This document shows, one piece after another, positions 1-12,179 of a stretch of 64,000 nt of DNA; the first letter of the stretch is position 1; every line of letters starts with the position of its first letter. This DNA is from Eledone cirrhosa (lineage: Eukaryota), in the NCBI GenBank assembly GCA_964016885.1, contig OZ024744.1, positions 97,588,001-97,652,000 of the forward strand. Reading direction: 5' to 3'. The translations under genes and the position numbers were made by a program. The notes under the pieces were generated by a model. The model saw only the letters and a program-made list of their open reading frames with translations. It was not told where the DNA came from and searched no databases.

Positions 1-84
1 TGGAAATATTCAAGTCGCGAGGAGAGTTGTTAAATGAGTGTAAACTGGGGAGTACCAATGTCGACTGAAAATTTCAAAGGCTGA

Positions 85-502
85 CTATGAAGGAGAGATG
101 CTAGAGCTGTGAAATCTTGTATCTATTAATTTCAACTCTTCTTATTAATAAATATATTGTTTCTTTCTTGAAATAATGTTGAAAAATAAATCTCATTTGG
201 TCATTCCATGAGAGTATCTTGGTCGCCTATGAAGGAGGGATGCTAGAGCTGTGAAATCTTGTATCTATTAATTTCAACTCTTCTTATTAATAAATGTATT
301 GTTTCTTTCCTAAAACAATGTTGAAAAATAAACCTTATTTGGTCATTCCATGAGAGTATCTTGGTCGCCTATGAACTTTTCAGTCAACCATTGTACACTC
401 TTCTTATTAATAGCTGCATTGTTTCTTTCCAGAAACAATGTTGAAATATATATCTCATTTGGTCATTCCGTGAGAGTATCTTGGTCAGCCTATGAACTTT
501 TC
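85..502. repeat. ~142-bp tandem repeat (about 3 units, last partly deleted)
   Basis: gatgctagagctgtgaaatcttg...ggtcattccatgagagtatcttggtc recurs at 97 and 239. Same family as 47565-48132. Confidence 0.85.
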
Positions 503-964
503 AACCGATACATGAAGGCTTAGTAATTTTCTTAGAATGGTCAAAGTAAGATCTGTCAAAAAGTAGGTTTATCATCTTAGCAAACTGTAAATTGAAATTA
601 TTTTATTTGGGAGATTGGGGTGCATAATAGGGGGAAAGGGGCCACTTAGTTTTTGGCTTGTCTAGGATGCTAAATACCCAAGAGCCAGCTCTAACCAATA
701 GTATGAAATTAATTGAGTTATCATTTTACATTTGTTTTGCCATGTTAGTATGTTTTGGACAAAGACTGGAGCATATCCTGATCTCAGGGATGTATGTGTT
801 AAGCAAGTGAGAATATAAGACTCCCCAATGCCCACCCCTCCTCTTACACACACACACACACACACATACACACTCATACACAGACACTCATAGGAGATGT
901 CAGTCAATCGTAAGGCTAACACCTTGTTAGTGTTGTTACTTACTGCTGGTACTAATTTTTTTTC

Positions 965-1100
965 AACCGAGCCCGAGTGGACTGGAGCAACATGAAATGA
1001 AGTTTCTTGCTCAAGGACACAACAATGTCAACCAGTTCAGGACTGAAACACGTGATTTTATTATTGTGAGCCTAACACGTTAACCACTAAATCACTGCAC
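965..1100 (-). mobile_element. Diverged CORE-like tRNA-SINE head (family B)
   Basis: ctggagcaacatgaaatgaagtttcttgctcaaggacacaac is the reverse complement of the family B core seen at 61193 and elsewhere. Confidence 0.6.
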
Positions 1101-1247
1101 CATTTCTTTTTAATTACTTTTATTAATAAAATATGTTACATTTACCGTATTTCCCGGCGTCAAAGATGCTACTTTTTCCCTAAAATAAGTCTCAAAAATC
1201 TACCATGCGTCCTGGAGGCCAAAGGTTGCTTATTATATTTTTTTTCA

Positions 1248-1441
1248 AAGGGCGGTGGATTGGCAGTATTGGTGGAGGGTCGGTCGCCATGCTTTCCAGC
1301 ATAGTTACGTCCCTTTACGATCTGAGTTCAAACCCCGCCGACGTTGACTTTGCCTTTCATCCTTACGGGGGGTCGATAAAATAAAGTACCAGTAATGTAC
1401 TGGGTAATTTGCTGGCCTTGTGCCTAAAGTAGAAATAATAA
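1248..1441 (+). mobile_element. tRNA-derived SINE family A, full length
   Basis: A-box tggcagtattgg, B-box gagttcaaaccc, central gcctttcatccttacggggtcgataaaataaagtaccag (Meta-SINE-like core, inferred), (AAT)n tail. More than 20 copies in the window, e.g. 2276-2430, 9615-9768, 14285-14470, 33337-33460, 35572-35766, 44665-44850, 59140-59270, 63130-63300. Confidence 0.85.
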
Positions 1442-1489
1442 TTTTTTTTTTTCAAATTTGTTGTTGTCAAAATTAGGGTGCATCCTCGA

Positions 1490-1712
1490 TCTCGATTCCA
1501 GCAAGGACAGACGCGGCCAGCAAAGGTATGGGCACGTCGGGTGGGACCTGGGTCACTTTGACCCTCACAATTTTCTGCCCGCAGTAGGAGGGCACCAAGA
1601 CTATCTCCTCACTCTTTAGGGTTTCCAAAGAGTGAGACTTTGCTTCCTGGGGGGTGGCGAAAAGTATGACTACTGTGGCGTACTTTCTGCCACGGGTGAT
1701 GTGGGTTTTGAA
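1490..1712 (-). pseudogene. Fragment of a probable L1/Tx1-type ORF1
   Basis: GC-rich open frame ...ATVVILFATPQEAK...IVRVKVTQVPPDVP..., resembling the RRM-like region of Tx1-clade ORF1. Lies between ~48-bp direct repeats. Confidence 0.45.
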
Positions 1713-1904
1713 ATTTTTTTTTTCAAATTTGTTGTTGTCAAAATTAGGGTGCATCCTCGAGGACGAGGCATCTTAGGCGCCAGGAAATACGGTATATCGG
1801 TATATCGCAATAAAAAATCTGAGAAGACTCTTCTGTCTGGATGAACATGTATGATGGATGACAACTTCTCTAGTGTTGATAGGCTATGATAAAATACACT
1901 CAGA

Positions 1905-2009
1905 TGATGATGGTGATGTTGATGGTGGTGGTGGTGGTGGTGGTGATGGTGGAGGTGATGATGATGATGATGATAAAGATGGTGAAAATAACGATGGTGT
2001 TGGTGATGG

Positions 2010-2045
<36 letters not shown>

Positions 2046-2477
2046 CAATAATGGTGTTGGTTGTGGTGATGATGATGATGACAACAATAGTGGTGGTGGT
2101 GGTGGTGGTGGTGGTGGTGGTGGACGTGATGGTGATAATGAAGATGGTGACAATAATGATGGTGTTGGTTGTCGTGATGATGATGATGACAACAACAATG
2201 ATGGTGGCGGGGTGGGGGGTGATGATGATGGTGGCAACAAAACATGATCATCATGATCATCATGATAATAATGATAATTGTTTCTACTTTTTGGCACACG
2301 GCCAGCAATTACCCCAGTGTATTACTGGTACTTTATTTTATCGACCCCCCCCCCCCCCCTCCCCCGTAAGGATGAAAGGCAAAGTTAACCTCGGCGAGAT
2401 TTGAACTCAGATCGTAAAGGGACGTAACTAATAATGATAATAATGATAGTTTTGCTGCTGCTGCTATGATGATGATG

Positions 2478-2509
<32 letters not shown>

Positions 2510-2625
2510 GATGATGATGATCATCATCATCATCATGATTATGGTGATGATGATCATGATGATTATGGTGATGATGATGATGATGATGATGTTGATGATG
2601 AAGAAGAGGAAGAAAAGGAGAAGGA
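1905..2625. repeat. Compound (GAT)n/(GGT)n microsatellite interrupted by a SINE A
   Basis: Trinucleotide runs read directly. They explain the poly-H/D/M/V ORFs. Confidence 0.9.
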
Positions 2626-2711
2626 TGTCACATAATAAAAAGAAAAAAGAAAACAGAAAAAAAAAAAAATGAACTCTTCAATGGAAATTTTCTATATCTA
2701 AGATGACTTAC

Positions 2712-2794
2712 TGTCTTGCGATCGAGGTGGTCCACTGACATCTCTGCCTGTGATGTGGTACAAATATTGTCCCATTCTACCAATGTTGGAATAG
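2712..2794 (-). CDS. Nid: Nidogen-like gene, internal exon C (end of NIDO domain)
   Basis: Acceptor tcttattttacag, donor A|gtaagt, 83 nt. The phase-2 join AG+C gives Ser, then YSNIGRMGQYLYHITGRDVSGPPRSQD, matching the NIDO terminal SNxGxPGxWxFHI motif. Confidence 0.86.
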
Positions 2795-2955
2795 CTGTAA
2801 AATAAGACATAGTTTTATATATTTTATTATAGGATTTAGAGGTAAATATATATATCATCATCATCATCATCATCATCATAATTTTACGTCCGCTTTTCCC
2901 TGTTTTCTTATCATATATATATATATATATATATATGTAGACACACACACACATG

Positions 2956-2999
<44 letters not shown>

Positions 3000-3194
3000 T
3001 GAAGACTAAAATCCAAAGAGGGCTCGATAAGGAAAATATATATCAAATATATAAGAACCGTAGAGCAAATATTTATTAAAATAACAGATTAAAGTTTAAG
3101 CAAAGAATCGCTGCTATTTTAATAAATATATATATATATATATATAATGAAATGACAGGAGGCTGGATTTGTGTAAATCCTTGAAAGGTTTATT

Positions 3195-3252
3195 ATACTA
3201 TGATCATTTCAATGACCGGGTTCCGTATGAATCCGGTGATATCATCAGGTAT
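3195..3252 (-). ncRNA. Minimal type I hammerhead ribozyme (PLE-type)
   Basis: Reverse complement: AUAC CUGAUGA [stem II with CCGG/CCGG] GAAA U GAUC A UA^ GUAU. Intact core, palindromic GAUC loop III, stem I AUAC/GUAU. Confidence 0.7.
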
Positions 3253-3305
3253 TCGAAATATAATACGTGAATGTAATAGATAAAATCCATGGGGCTGAAA
3301 ATCGA

Positions 3306-3347
<42 letters not shown>

Positions 3348-3361
3348 CTTTTAAATATATA

Positions 3362-4963
3362 CAGTGCCCCGCAAAAGTTTACAATACATTAGGAGAAATG
3401 CAGTTTTAGGTATTTTTAATAAAGTTAGGGTAATGAAAATTTAACTACTGATAGAATATATAATGAGGCATTTAATGATACAATCATATTTAAAAAAAAA
3501 AACAAGGAAATAGCTCATGAAGAAAAATCAATATTTTTATAACGCAAAAGTTTACAACACATTTTATATTTATCGCCTTTATTCAAGAAAATTCTTAAAT
3601 TTTCAGATTTAAAATTCAGTAGAATGTTCTAGATTAGGTTTAAGGTAACTTCTAAGGACTATTAAAAACATTACATCATTATTTGTCTGACAACCATCCT
3701 GTAAACATTGACAACCGTCCTGTAAACATGGACAATATGGGGAAAAATAAACTGATTGATCAAGACCTCCGTAAACGCATTGTAGACCTTCATACAAATG
3801 GTGTTGGTTATAGAAAGATATCTAGTCAGTTAAATGTGCCATTGAGTTCAGTTGGTACTATAATTCGTCACTGGAAATCTCATCATTCCATCTGTCCTCT
3901 CATTAGTTCTGGTTGTCCTAGAAAGATAACGGAACGTTCAGCTCGGTTATTGACGAGAAAGGTTGGCAACGAACCCCGGTGTACTCTTAAAAATCTTCAG
4001 GATGACCTAGAAGAAAGTGGAGTAAAAGTGAGCACAGATACAATTAGTCGTTCACTTCGTCGATATAATATCTTCTCGAGGTCTCCAAGGAAAACACCAC
4101 TTCTTACGAGGAAACACGTTCTTCGTCGATTAAACTTTGCAAATGAGCATCTCATCAAACCTGCGTCATTTTGGGAAGACGTACTTTAGTCGGACGAAAC
4201 AAAAATTGAACATTTTGGTCGAAATGCTGTGGCAAAAGTCTGGAGAAAGAAAGGTACTGAATATTCGCTGAAGAATACTATTCCAACTGTAAAATTTGGA
4301 GGTGGATCAATCATGGTCTGGGGTTGCTTTAGTGCCACAGGAGTAGGAAATATTGAAATAATAGAAGGAAGAATGGGTGGCACTTATTATAGAGGTATTT
4401 TCCAAAGGAATTTACATCAAAGTGCACATTCTCTCAGCTTAAAGCCAGGTTGGTTTTTTCAACAAGATAACAATCCAAAGCATACTGCAAAGCTAACAGA
4501 ATCTTGGTTAAGTACGAATGGAATAAATGTTCTAAAATGACCAAGTCAGTCTCCAGATCTTAACCCGATCGAAAATTTGTGGAGAGAATTCAAAAAAGGA
4601 AACCTCAAAATATCCCTGAACTAAAGAAAATTTGTTGTGAAGAATGGATAAATATTAGCCAAGAAACATGCAAGAAGTTTGTAGGAGGCTACTCCAAACG
4701 CCTACAGGCTGTAATTAGCAACAAAGGTTACGCTACGAAATATTAAGAGATGATTTAATAAATGTGTTGTAAACTTTTGCGTTATAAAAATATTGATTTT
4801 TCTTCATGAGTTATTTCCTTGTTATTTTTTTAAAACTATGATTGTATCATTAAATGCCTCATTATATGTTCTATCGGTAGTTAAATTTTCATTACCCTAA
4901 CTTTATTAAAAATACCTAAAACCGCATTTTTCCTAATGTGTTGTAAACTTTTGCGGGGCACTG
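3362..4963 (+). mobile_element. Full-length Tc1-family DNA transposon, IR/DR type
   Basis: TA|cagtgccccgcaaaagtttaca ... tgtaaacttttgcggggcactg|TA. TIRs of ~200 bp, each with outer and inner copies of cgcaaaagtttacaaYacatt. Length 1602 bp. Confidence 0.95.
3737..4746 (+). pseudogene. Tc1 DD34E transposase, inactivated
   Basis: MGKNKLID.. HTH region, then *SDETK, VKFGGGSIMVWGCF, QQDNNPKH, *PSQSPDLNPIENLW, GYATKY. Stops at 4187 and 4538 replace Trp codons, and there is a small deletion near 4595. Confidence 0.92.
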
Positions 4964-6377
4964 TATATATAAAATGTAATATGCAATTTATCTCTTTTAC
5001 ATAATGTCTTCTATATCTATATATGATTCATATACTTAATTTACTTTCTATTATCTCTACTTCACATATATATTATTACACCTATCGATAGATTATAAAA
5101 TTCCTTTATATGACTGCTTGAAACTCCTTTAAGGAAAAATTTTTATTGAAAAACTTACGGAAGGTTTTAAGAAAATCTTTTGAAAATTCCTTTGAAAGAT
5201 ATAAAAAAAAATTATTTTTATACCTTCCAATATTTTTATATTGTTATATTTTCAAACGTTTTTAATATATATATATCCAAATGTTTATATATATGTAGAA
5301 AAACATGATTTTTTATATATATGTGGAGTAACCTATGGTTTATGCTTTAAATATATTCTTAAGATAAATTTTTTTAAATGTTTTAACTTTATAGCAAGTA
5401 AATTTATGACTTCGTATAAAATAACATAAGGTTCATGTTTTAATTATATTCTTAAGATAGAAAATGTTTAACTTCTTAACTTTAGAGCATTTAATCCTTA
5501 GAGTCATCTGAATTCTTAAAAAATCACTTATAACTTCCTTTACACATCCTTACTGTTTTTATAATATAACTAAGTGGTTATTCCTTTGTAAACTCTAGAA
5601 AATTTTCCATAAATTTAAAATTATTTGGATGTTTAAAATTTTTGACTTACAACTTTTAATAAAATAAACTATACTAGATTTGCTCTAATGTAAAATACTA
5701 TATATTTATTTTAATAATTTATAATCCTTAACATACACATTTAAACTAATTATTAAATTATTAAATTAAATCTTTAATATTAAGGTAAATTTTAATTTGG
5801 ATTTCTAATTTTTTAATTTTAATTTTAATCTAATTTTTCAACTTATTATAAATATTATAATCAAAACATAATGAATCCTGCATTATAAATATTTGCCTTT
5901 CATCTTTACGGGTCGATAAAATAAAGTACCAGTAATGTACTGAGTAATTGCTGGCCTTGTGCCTAAAATAGAAACAATTATTTTTCCACGCTATTCTCAT
6001 TTCTTCATTTCTTCTCTCACGTAAATATACTTACGCTGTATTTGTCCTTTAAAACTAATCTCTTCTCTCACTTAAAAATATACTTACACTCTTCTCTTCA
6101 TGCTATTTTCACTGTCAAAATATATATAATCGTTATATCTTTCTCATTTCTTTCTTCTTTTTTTCTTTTTTTTCTCTCCCTCACATATCATCTTCTTCCA
6201 ACAGTTTAATTTAAATAAACCGTTATCTTTTCAACCTTTCGGACACTCATTTGCATACTCACTCATAATTTTCTATCACCCTCAATAAATGTAATATCTC
6301 CACTATCCAGGAAGCTCCAACCGTTACGGTTGTCTTTTTGTCCGGATATGTCAATATTTATTTATAAAACAAATCTG

Positions 6378-6433
6378 TATTTTATCTGATGAAAGCGCAC
6401 CTTGGTGGCCCTTGAAATATGTATAATAAAATA
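6378..6433 (+). ncRNA. Minimal hammerhead ribozyme in a PLE pLTR-like segment
   Basis: UAUUUUAU CUGAUGA AAGCGCAC CUUG GUGGCCCUU GAAA U AUGU A UA^ AUAAAAUA. 8-bp stem I, imperfect stem II. Downstream sequence is shared with 42877-42915. Confidence 0.62.
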
Positions 6434-6941
6434 AATATGGTTTTATAAATATAGTTTCCCTTTATTAATATATTCTATATATATATATATATATTTTACT
6501 CAGTTTACTCAGCTGTAGAAATGAGTACCGGCCTGCCCGCCCAGCCAGTGGGATGGCGTTATCTTATAGCTAAAACAGCACGACATGCTGTGACCAGCGG
6601 TGTTGACTGGCGCCCAACAGACTGGTCGGTCAAGGTGATCAAGGTCATATATATATAAGAAACTAAAGGAGCTGTGTGGTTACTGTAAACAAAGTTTAAG
6701 ATGGTAGTATGGACGAAATAAGAGAAGAAAAGAAATCCTTCATCAGCTGTAAAACCGAGATCAAGATGTGTGTGTTAGGTAATTCCGAAGAAAAAGCAAA
6801 GGAAAAAAGAGTGCTCTATGTATAGAACAGAGCTATTTAATTAGAAAGTGAACAACACAAAATATAACTACTCCATTACCAGACGTTTCTGGATCCCAGA
6901 CAATATTAATATCCGTCTAGATCGTCCATCAGACAGAGATG

Positions 6942-7014
<73 letters not shown>

Positions 7015-7489
7015 AATGTATGTATATTTATATATATGTATACTCTTTTACCTGTTTCAGCCATCCGGCTGAGGCCATGCTGGGGCACCGCCCTGTATGT
7101 ATGTTTATGTTTATGTATATGTATGTATATATATATGAAAAAGGCAAACAGAAATAACAAAGCAAACAATACAGTACAATGAAGAAATATATTATTAGTT
7201 TTACTCTTGATATAGTAGGAAAAGAGTCTTAATGTTTCAGATGCATGTCCTTTATCAGAAAATAGAATGAGAAATTAAAAAAGGAATAGAAAGACTGAGG
7301 AGATGGGCAGGGCAGAAACAGAGTAGAAAATATTCATGTATGAACGTAAATAAATAATATAATATATATATTTATTGATAATTGTTTCTACTTTTGGCAC
7401 AAGGCCAGAAATTACCCAGTGCATTACTGGTACTTTATTTTATCGACTCTGTAAGGATGAAAGGCAAATCTTTATCATAATCACCACTT

Positions 7490-7500
7490 CACTACTTCAT

Positions 7501-7531
<31 letters not shown>

Positions 7532-7880
7532 GGTGGTGGTGGTGGTGGTAGTAATAGTAGTAGTAGTAGTGCTATTACTTCTACTACCAACAATACCACA
7601 ATAGCCACCAACACCACCACTATCACTGCCAATACCTCAACCACTACCACCACCATCACCATCACCAACACCGTCAAACACCACCACTATCCTCATCACC
7701 AACACCACCAACCCCACCACTCTCACTACCACCAACAACAACACCACTACCACCACTACCCTCATCACCAACACTACCATCATTACCACTACTATCACCA
7801 ACACTACCATCATCACTACTACCATCACAAACACTACCAACACCACCACGAACAACACCACCACAACAACTACTACTTCC
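7490..7880. repeat. (TAG)/(TGG)/(CAC)-type compound microsatellite
   Basis: Read directly. Confidence 0.85.
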
Positions 7881-8680
7881 CCTGACATCTGGATGCTGGT
7901 AGATATCCCATTCAGATCTTAAAGGGTTAAACCACCATTGACTCTGTTTATTCTAAGATACTAGTAAATTTAGTTAGATAAACAAATATATTTTTTTCTA
8001 ATCCTATTCCATAATGTACTTAGTATTTTGATGTCTAACCCTTTCAAGATGGTAAGTCTTAAAAGAAATGTGAAAAAAAATAGTCCAACTCATCTTAATG
8101 TATTTAATCTTACTACTAAACCCTTTTCATAACAAACTGTCTGAAGCCACCCTGGGTGTAACCCTAAGTTACCAACTCAGCTTAAACCAACTCTGGTTCT
8201 ATGAAATAAAACCACCCATTTTAAAGGTTTCCAATTTAACCCTTTAGTTACCAATCCAGCCAAAACTGGCCCTGGTTCTATGAAATAAAACCACCCATTT
8301 TAAAGGTTTCCAATTTAAATTAAAATCGTCCAACATAATTTTATATAAGGACCTTACATTAAGTTACTATCTCAGAAATGAAATGATTAACAATTTTAGT
8401 AAATCCCTTGAAATTCATTAATTAACTGAAATACACTATTTCATTAGAAATGTGGTCATGAAATGGTTAAGATAAGAAACTGTTCGTTTTAAAATGTTAT
8501 CTTTATGCTATCTTTATATTAAAACATTTCATCATAATTTTATTTTAGAAATGTTTGTTGAGTAATGTTCTAAATATTAGCTTACTAATGGAAAACTTAG
8601 TTATTTTATTAAATTCCTCCAAATGTTTTAGTTATTTTCAAAAAAATTAGAATATATAGGCAGTGTATTTCATTCGAGAT

Positions 8681-9427
8681 CATCATCATCATCATCATTG
8701 TTTAATGTCCATCTTCCATGCTAGCATGGGTTGCACGGTTTTATCCCATTTGAAGCAAGATTGGTCGGGAGACCATGTCTTGCTTGTATAGAACTGTTTC
8801 TGGCAGGTTTTCTATGGCTGGATACCCTTCCTAACACCAACCACATTTACAGTATGGACTGAGTGCTTTTTGTCGTGTCTCCTACATGACCACTTTACAG
8901 TAGGGACTGGCTGCTTTTTGTTGTGTCACCTACATGAACAATTTACAGTGTGGACTGGGAGCCTTTTTACCATGTCACCTACATGACCACTTTACAGTGT
9001 GGACTGGGTGCTTTTTGTCATGTCTCCTACATGACCACTTTACAGTGTGGACTGGGTGCTTTTTGTCATGACACCTACATGAACACTTTACAGTGTGGAC
9101 TGGGTGTTTTTTGTCATGGCACCTACATGACACTTTACAGTGTGAACTGAGTGCTTTCTTTTGTGTCACCTACATGACCACTTTACAGGGTGGTCTGGAT
9201 GCTTTTTTGTTGTGTCACCTACATGACACTTTGCAGTGTGGATTGGGTGCTCTTTGTTGTGTCACGTACATGACCACTTTACAGCGTGGACTAGGTGCTT
9301 TTTGTTGTATCACCTATATGACATTTTGCAGTGTGGATTGGGTGCTTTTTGTCGTGTCACATACACGACCACTTTACAGTGTGGATTGGGTGCGTTTTGT
9401 CATGTCACCTACACAACCACTTTACAG
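8681..9427 (-). repeat. RTE 3' UTR derivative with a 48-bp minisatellite (~12 units)
   Basis: Unit ggactgggtgctttttgtcatgNcacctacatgaccactttacagtgt (9001 to 9049). Preceded by the reverse-complemented LINE tail catcatcat..ccatgctagcatggg. Confidence 0.88.
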
Positions 9428-10204
9428 AAGAGATATGGTAAGTAAAAGGTTAATTACATTTGTAATTATTAATTGGTGATAGGGATGCAGTGAGTGTCCC
9501 TTTTCATATGAAAATGATTGAAACCACACCTGGTTCTATCATACAAAACTGTTTATTTTAAAATTATTTATATTTATGTAAGAGTCTTCGTTAAGTCTTA
9601 TTCCAAACACCAACTCTTTGCAGCAAAGAGTTACGGTCCTTTATGGTCTGAGTTCAAATCCCGCCGAGGTTAACTTTACCTTTCAACCTTACGGGGTCGA
9701 TAAAATAAAGTACCATTAATGTACTGGAATAATTGCTGGCGTTGTGCCAAAAGTAGAAACAATTATTAAATTTCCCCAAATTCTTGGTCATTTTCCAACA
9801 TTATAAAAAGGTTTTTCGTTATAAAAAGTTTTTCATTAGAAATATAATTATGGAAGTGTTAAAGAACTGGACATGGGATTAGAATTTTTCCTATGTGACA
9901 TTCCTAAAAGCATTCCCCATATTTATTTATTTATTTATTTTATTTATTTATTTATTTATTTTTTTTTTCTTGTTTATCTATTCTCAGATTCTCAAAAGTT
10001 ATAAAACTCTGTTCTCGGAAGTTATAAAATTGATTTAATAACTGAATATCTAAGATACTGAATAACTATGAAACTTAATCTGATATACCATAATGCCATA
10101 ATATCATAACATCATAATACAAAAGCCAATCAGTAAAAAAAATACAGGTCAATCAGTAAAAGCACTGGATAACTAAAACAAGAAATGGTGAGAAATCAGA
10201 GATT

Positions 10205-11302
10205 ATAGTGTTTGGCAATGACACAGAGACAATGTAGAGTTTGAGAGGACTCTTCAGTCTGGTCTAGCTTGTGACAACTTTTCTACTGCTGGTGCTATGA
10301 TAAAATACACCCAGTACACTCTGTAAAGTGGTTGGCAATAAAACAGAGATGATGTAGGGTTTTAGAGGACTCATCAGTCAGATCTAGCTTATGACAACCT
10401 CTCTAGTACTGGGGTCATGATAAAATACACTCTGTAAAGTGTTTGGCAAATGAACAGAGACAATGTAGAGTTTGAGAGGACTCATCAGTCAGATCTAGCT
10501 TATGACAACCTCTCTAGTGTTAGTGTTGTGATAAAATACACCCTGTATACTCTGTAAAGTGTTTGGCAAATGAACAAAGCTGATGTAAGGTTTGAAAGGA
10601 CTCATCGGTCAGAACTAGCTTATGACAACCTCTCTAGTGTTGGTGTTGTGATAAAATATACCCAGTACACTCTGTAAAGTGATTGGCAAATGAACAGAGA
10701 TGATGTAAAGTTTGAGAGAACTCTTCAGTCAGATCAAGCTTGTAACAACCTCTCTAGTACTGGTGTCATGATAAAATATACCCAGTACACTCTGTAAAGT
10801 GATTGGCAAATGAACAGAGATGATGTAAAGTTTGAGAGAACTCTTCAGTCAGATCTAGCTTGTAACAACCTCTCTAGTACTGGTGTCATGATAAAATATA
10901 CCCAGTACACTCTGTAAAGTGATTGGCAAATGAACAGAGATGATGTAAAGTTTGAGAGAACTCTTCAGTCAGATCTAGCTTGTAACAACCTCTCTAGTAC
11001 TGGTGTCATGATAAAATATACCCAGTACACTCTGTAAAGTGATTGGCAAATGAACAGAGATGATGTAAAGTTTGAGAGAACTCTTCAGTCAGATCTAGCT
11101 TGTAACAACCTCTCTAGTACTGGTGTCATGATAAAATACACCCAGTACACTCTGTAAAGTGATAGGCAATGAACAGAGATGATGTAGGGCTAGAGAGGAG
11201 TCATCTGTCTGGCCGAGAATGTGACAACCTCTCTAGTACTGGTGTCATGATAAAATATACCCAGTACACTCTGTAAAGTGATTGGCAAATGAACAGAGAT
11301 GA
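10205..11302 (+). repeat. 120-bp tandem array (~9 units)
   Basis: tgaacagagatgatgtaaag recurs at 10691, 10811, 10931 and 11051. The unit contains ggtgtcatgataaaatatacccagtacactctgtaaagtg. Confidence 0.92.
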
Positions 11303-11862
11303 TGCTGCTGATGATGATGATGACAATGATGTTAGTGGTGGTGGTGGTGGTGGTGGTGGTGGAGAGTGTGGGGGCAGTGGTAGTTGTGCTGCTGTTGCTG
11401 TTGATGATGATGATGACAACTATGTTAGTGGTATGATGATGGTGATGATGGTATTGGTGGTGGTGGTGGTGGTGGTGGTGGTGATGATGGTGGTGGTGGT
11501 GGTAGTGGTAGTGGTGGTAATGGTGGTGGTGGTGGTGGTGATGGTGTGATGATGGTGATGATGGTAATGGTGGTGGCGGTGGTGGTGGTGGTGGTGGTGG
11601 TGGTGGTGATGATGGTGGTGGTAGTGGTGGTGGTGGTGATGATGGTGGTGGTGGTGGTGGTGATGATGGTGGTGGTGGTGGTGTTGCTGCTGTTGATGAG
11701 GATGCTGATTATGATGACGATGTTAGTGGTGATGATGATGATGATGATGGTGGTGATGGTGGTGATGGTGTTGCTGGCTGTTGTTGTTGTTGTTGATGAT
11801 GATGATGATGTTAAGGAGGAGGAGAAGGAGAAGGACGAGGAAGAGGGGGGGAGGAGGAGGAG
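11303..11862. repeat. (GGT)/(GAT)/(GAG) microsatellite block
   Basis: Read directly. Confidence 0.9.
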
Positions 11863-12179
11863 TCCTTTAACCTAAAATCCTATCCCTGATGTAATTTCAC
11901 AAACAATTTCATCTCTATCTGTCAAACCAAGTAGGAAAAAGATAAATAAAATGTCTATTTTACTTTTATATTTGTTATATTAAGAAGGAATCTCCAGCAG
12001 AGCAACATAAGCCCCAAGTATCTGGAGAAATTAAATTAACAATGTTAGAATGATAAGCTTCCCTTAGCCAAAAAAACAGCTTGCCCCCCTCCTTCATTTC
12101 CTCCTCTTGTTGACTACTTCCACACATCTGTCTAAGAATTCACATCTGCCACATCTGCCTTAGAATTCACATCTGCCAC

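Larger units (their letters stand above)
1145..1792. mobile_element. Tc1/mariner-superfamily (Tc2-like) MITE with nested insertions
   Basis: TA|ccgtatttcccggcg ... cgccaggaaatacgg|TA inverted termini with TA duplication. Contains a SINE and a LINE ORF1 fragment. Confidence 0.7.

Noticed and set aside
1670-2672. Poly-His/Asp/Met/Val ORFs, and YIYI, CVCV and poly-K ORFs elsewhere
   Set aside because: Microsatellite translations.
4966-5890. Extremely AT-rich stretch resembling a mitochondrial control region or NUMT
   Set aside because: No recognisable tRNA, rRNA or mitochondrial gene. It may be decayed repeat or low-quality sequence.
8950-9479. Cys-rich 16-aa repeat ORFs (TYMTTLQCGLGAFCHD), also near 36.7, 45.8 and 59.9 kb
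   Set aside because: They are translations of the 48-bp minisatellite, open on both strands and frame-shifted, with no splice context.
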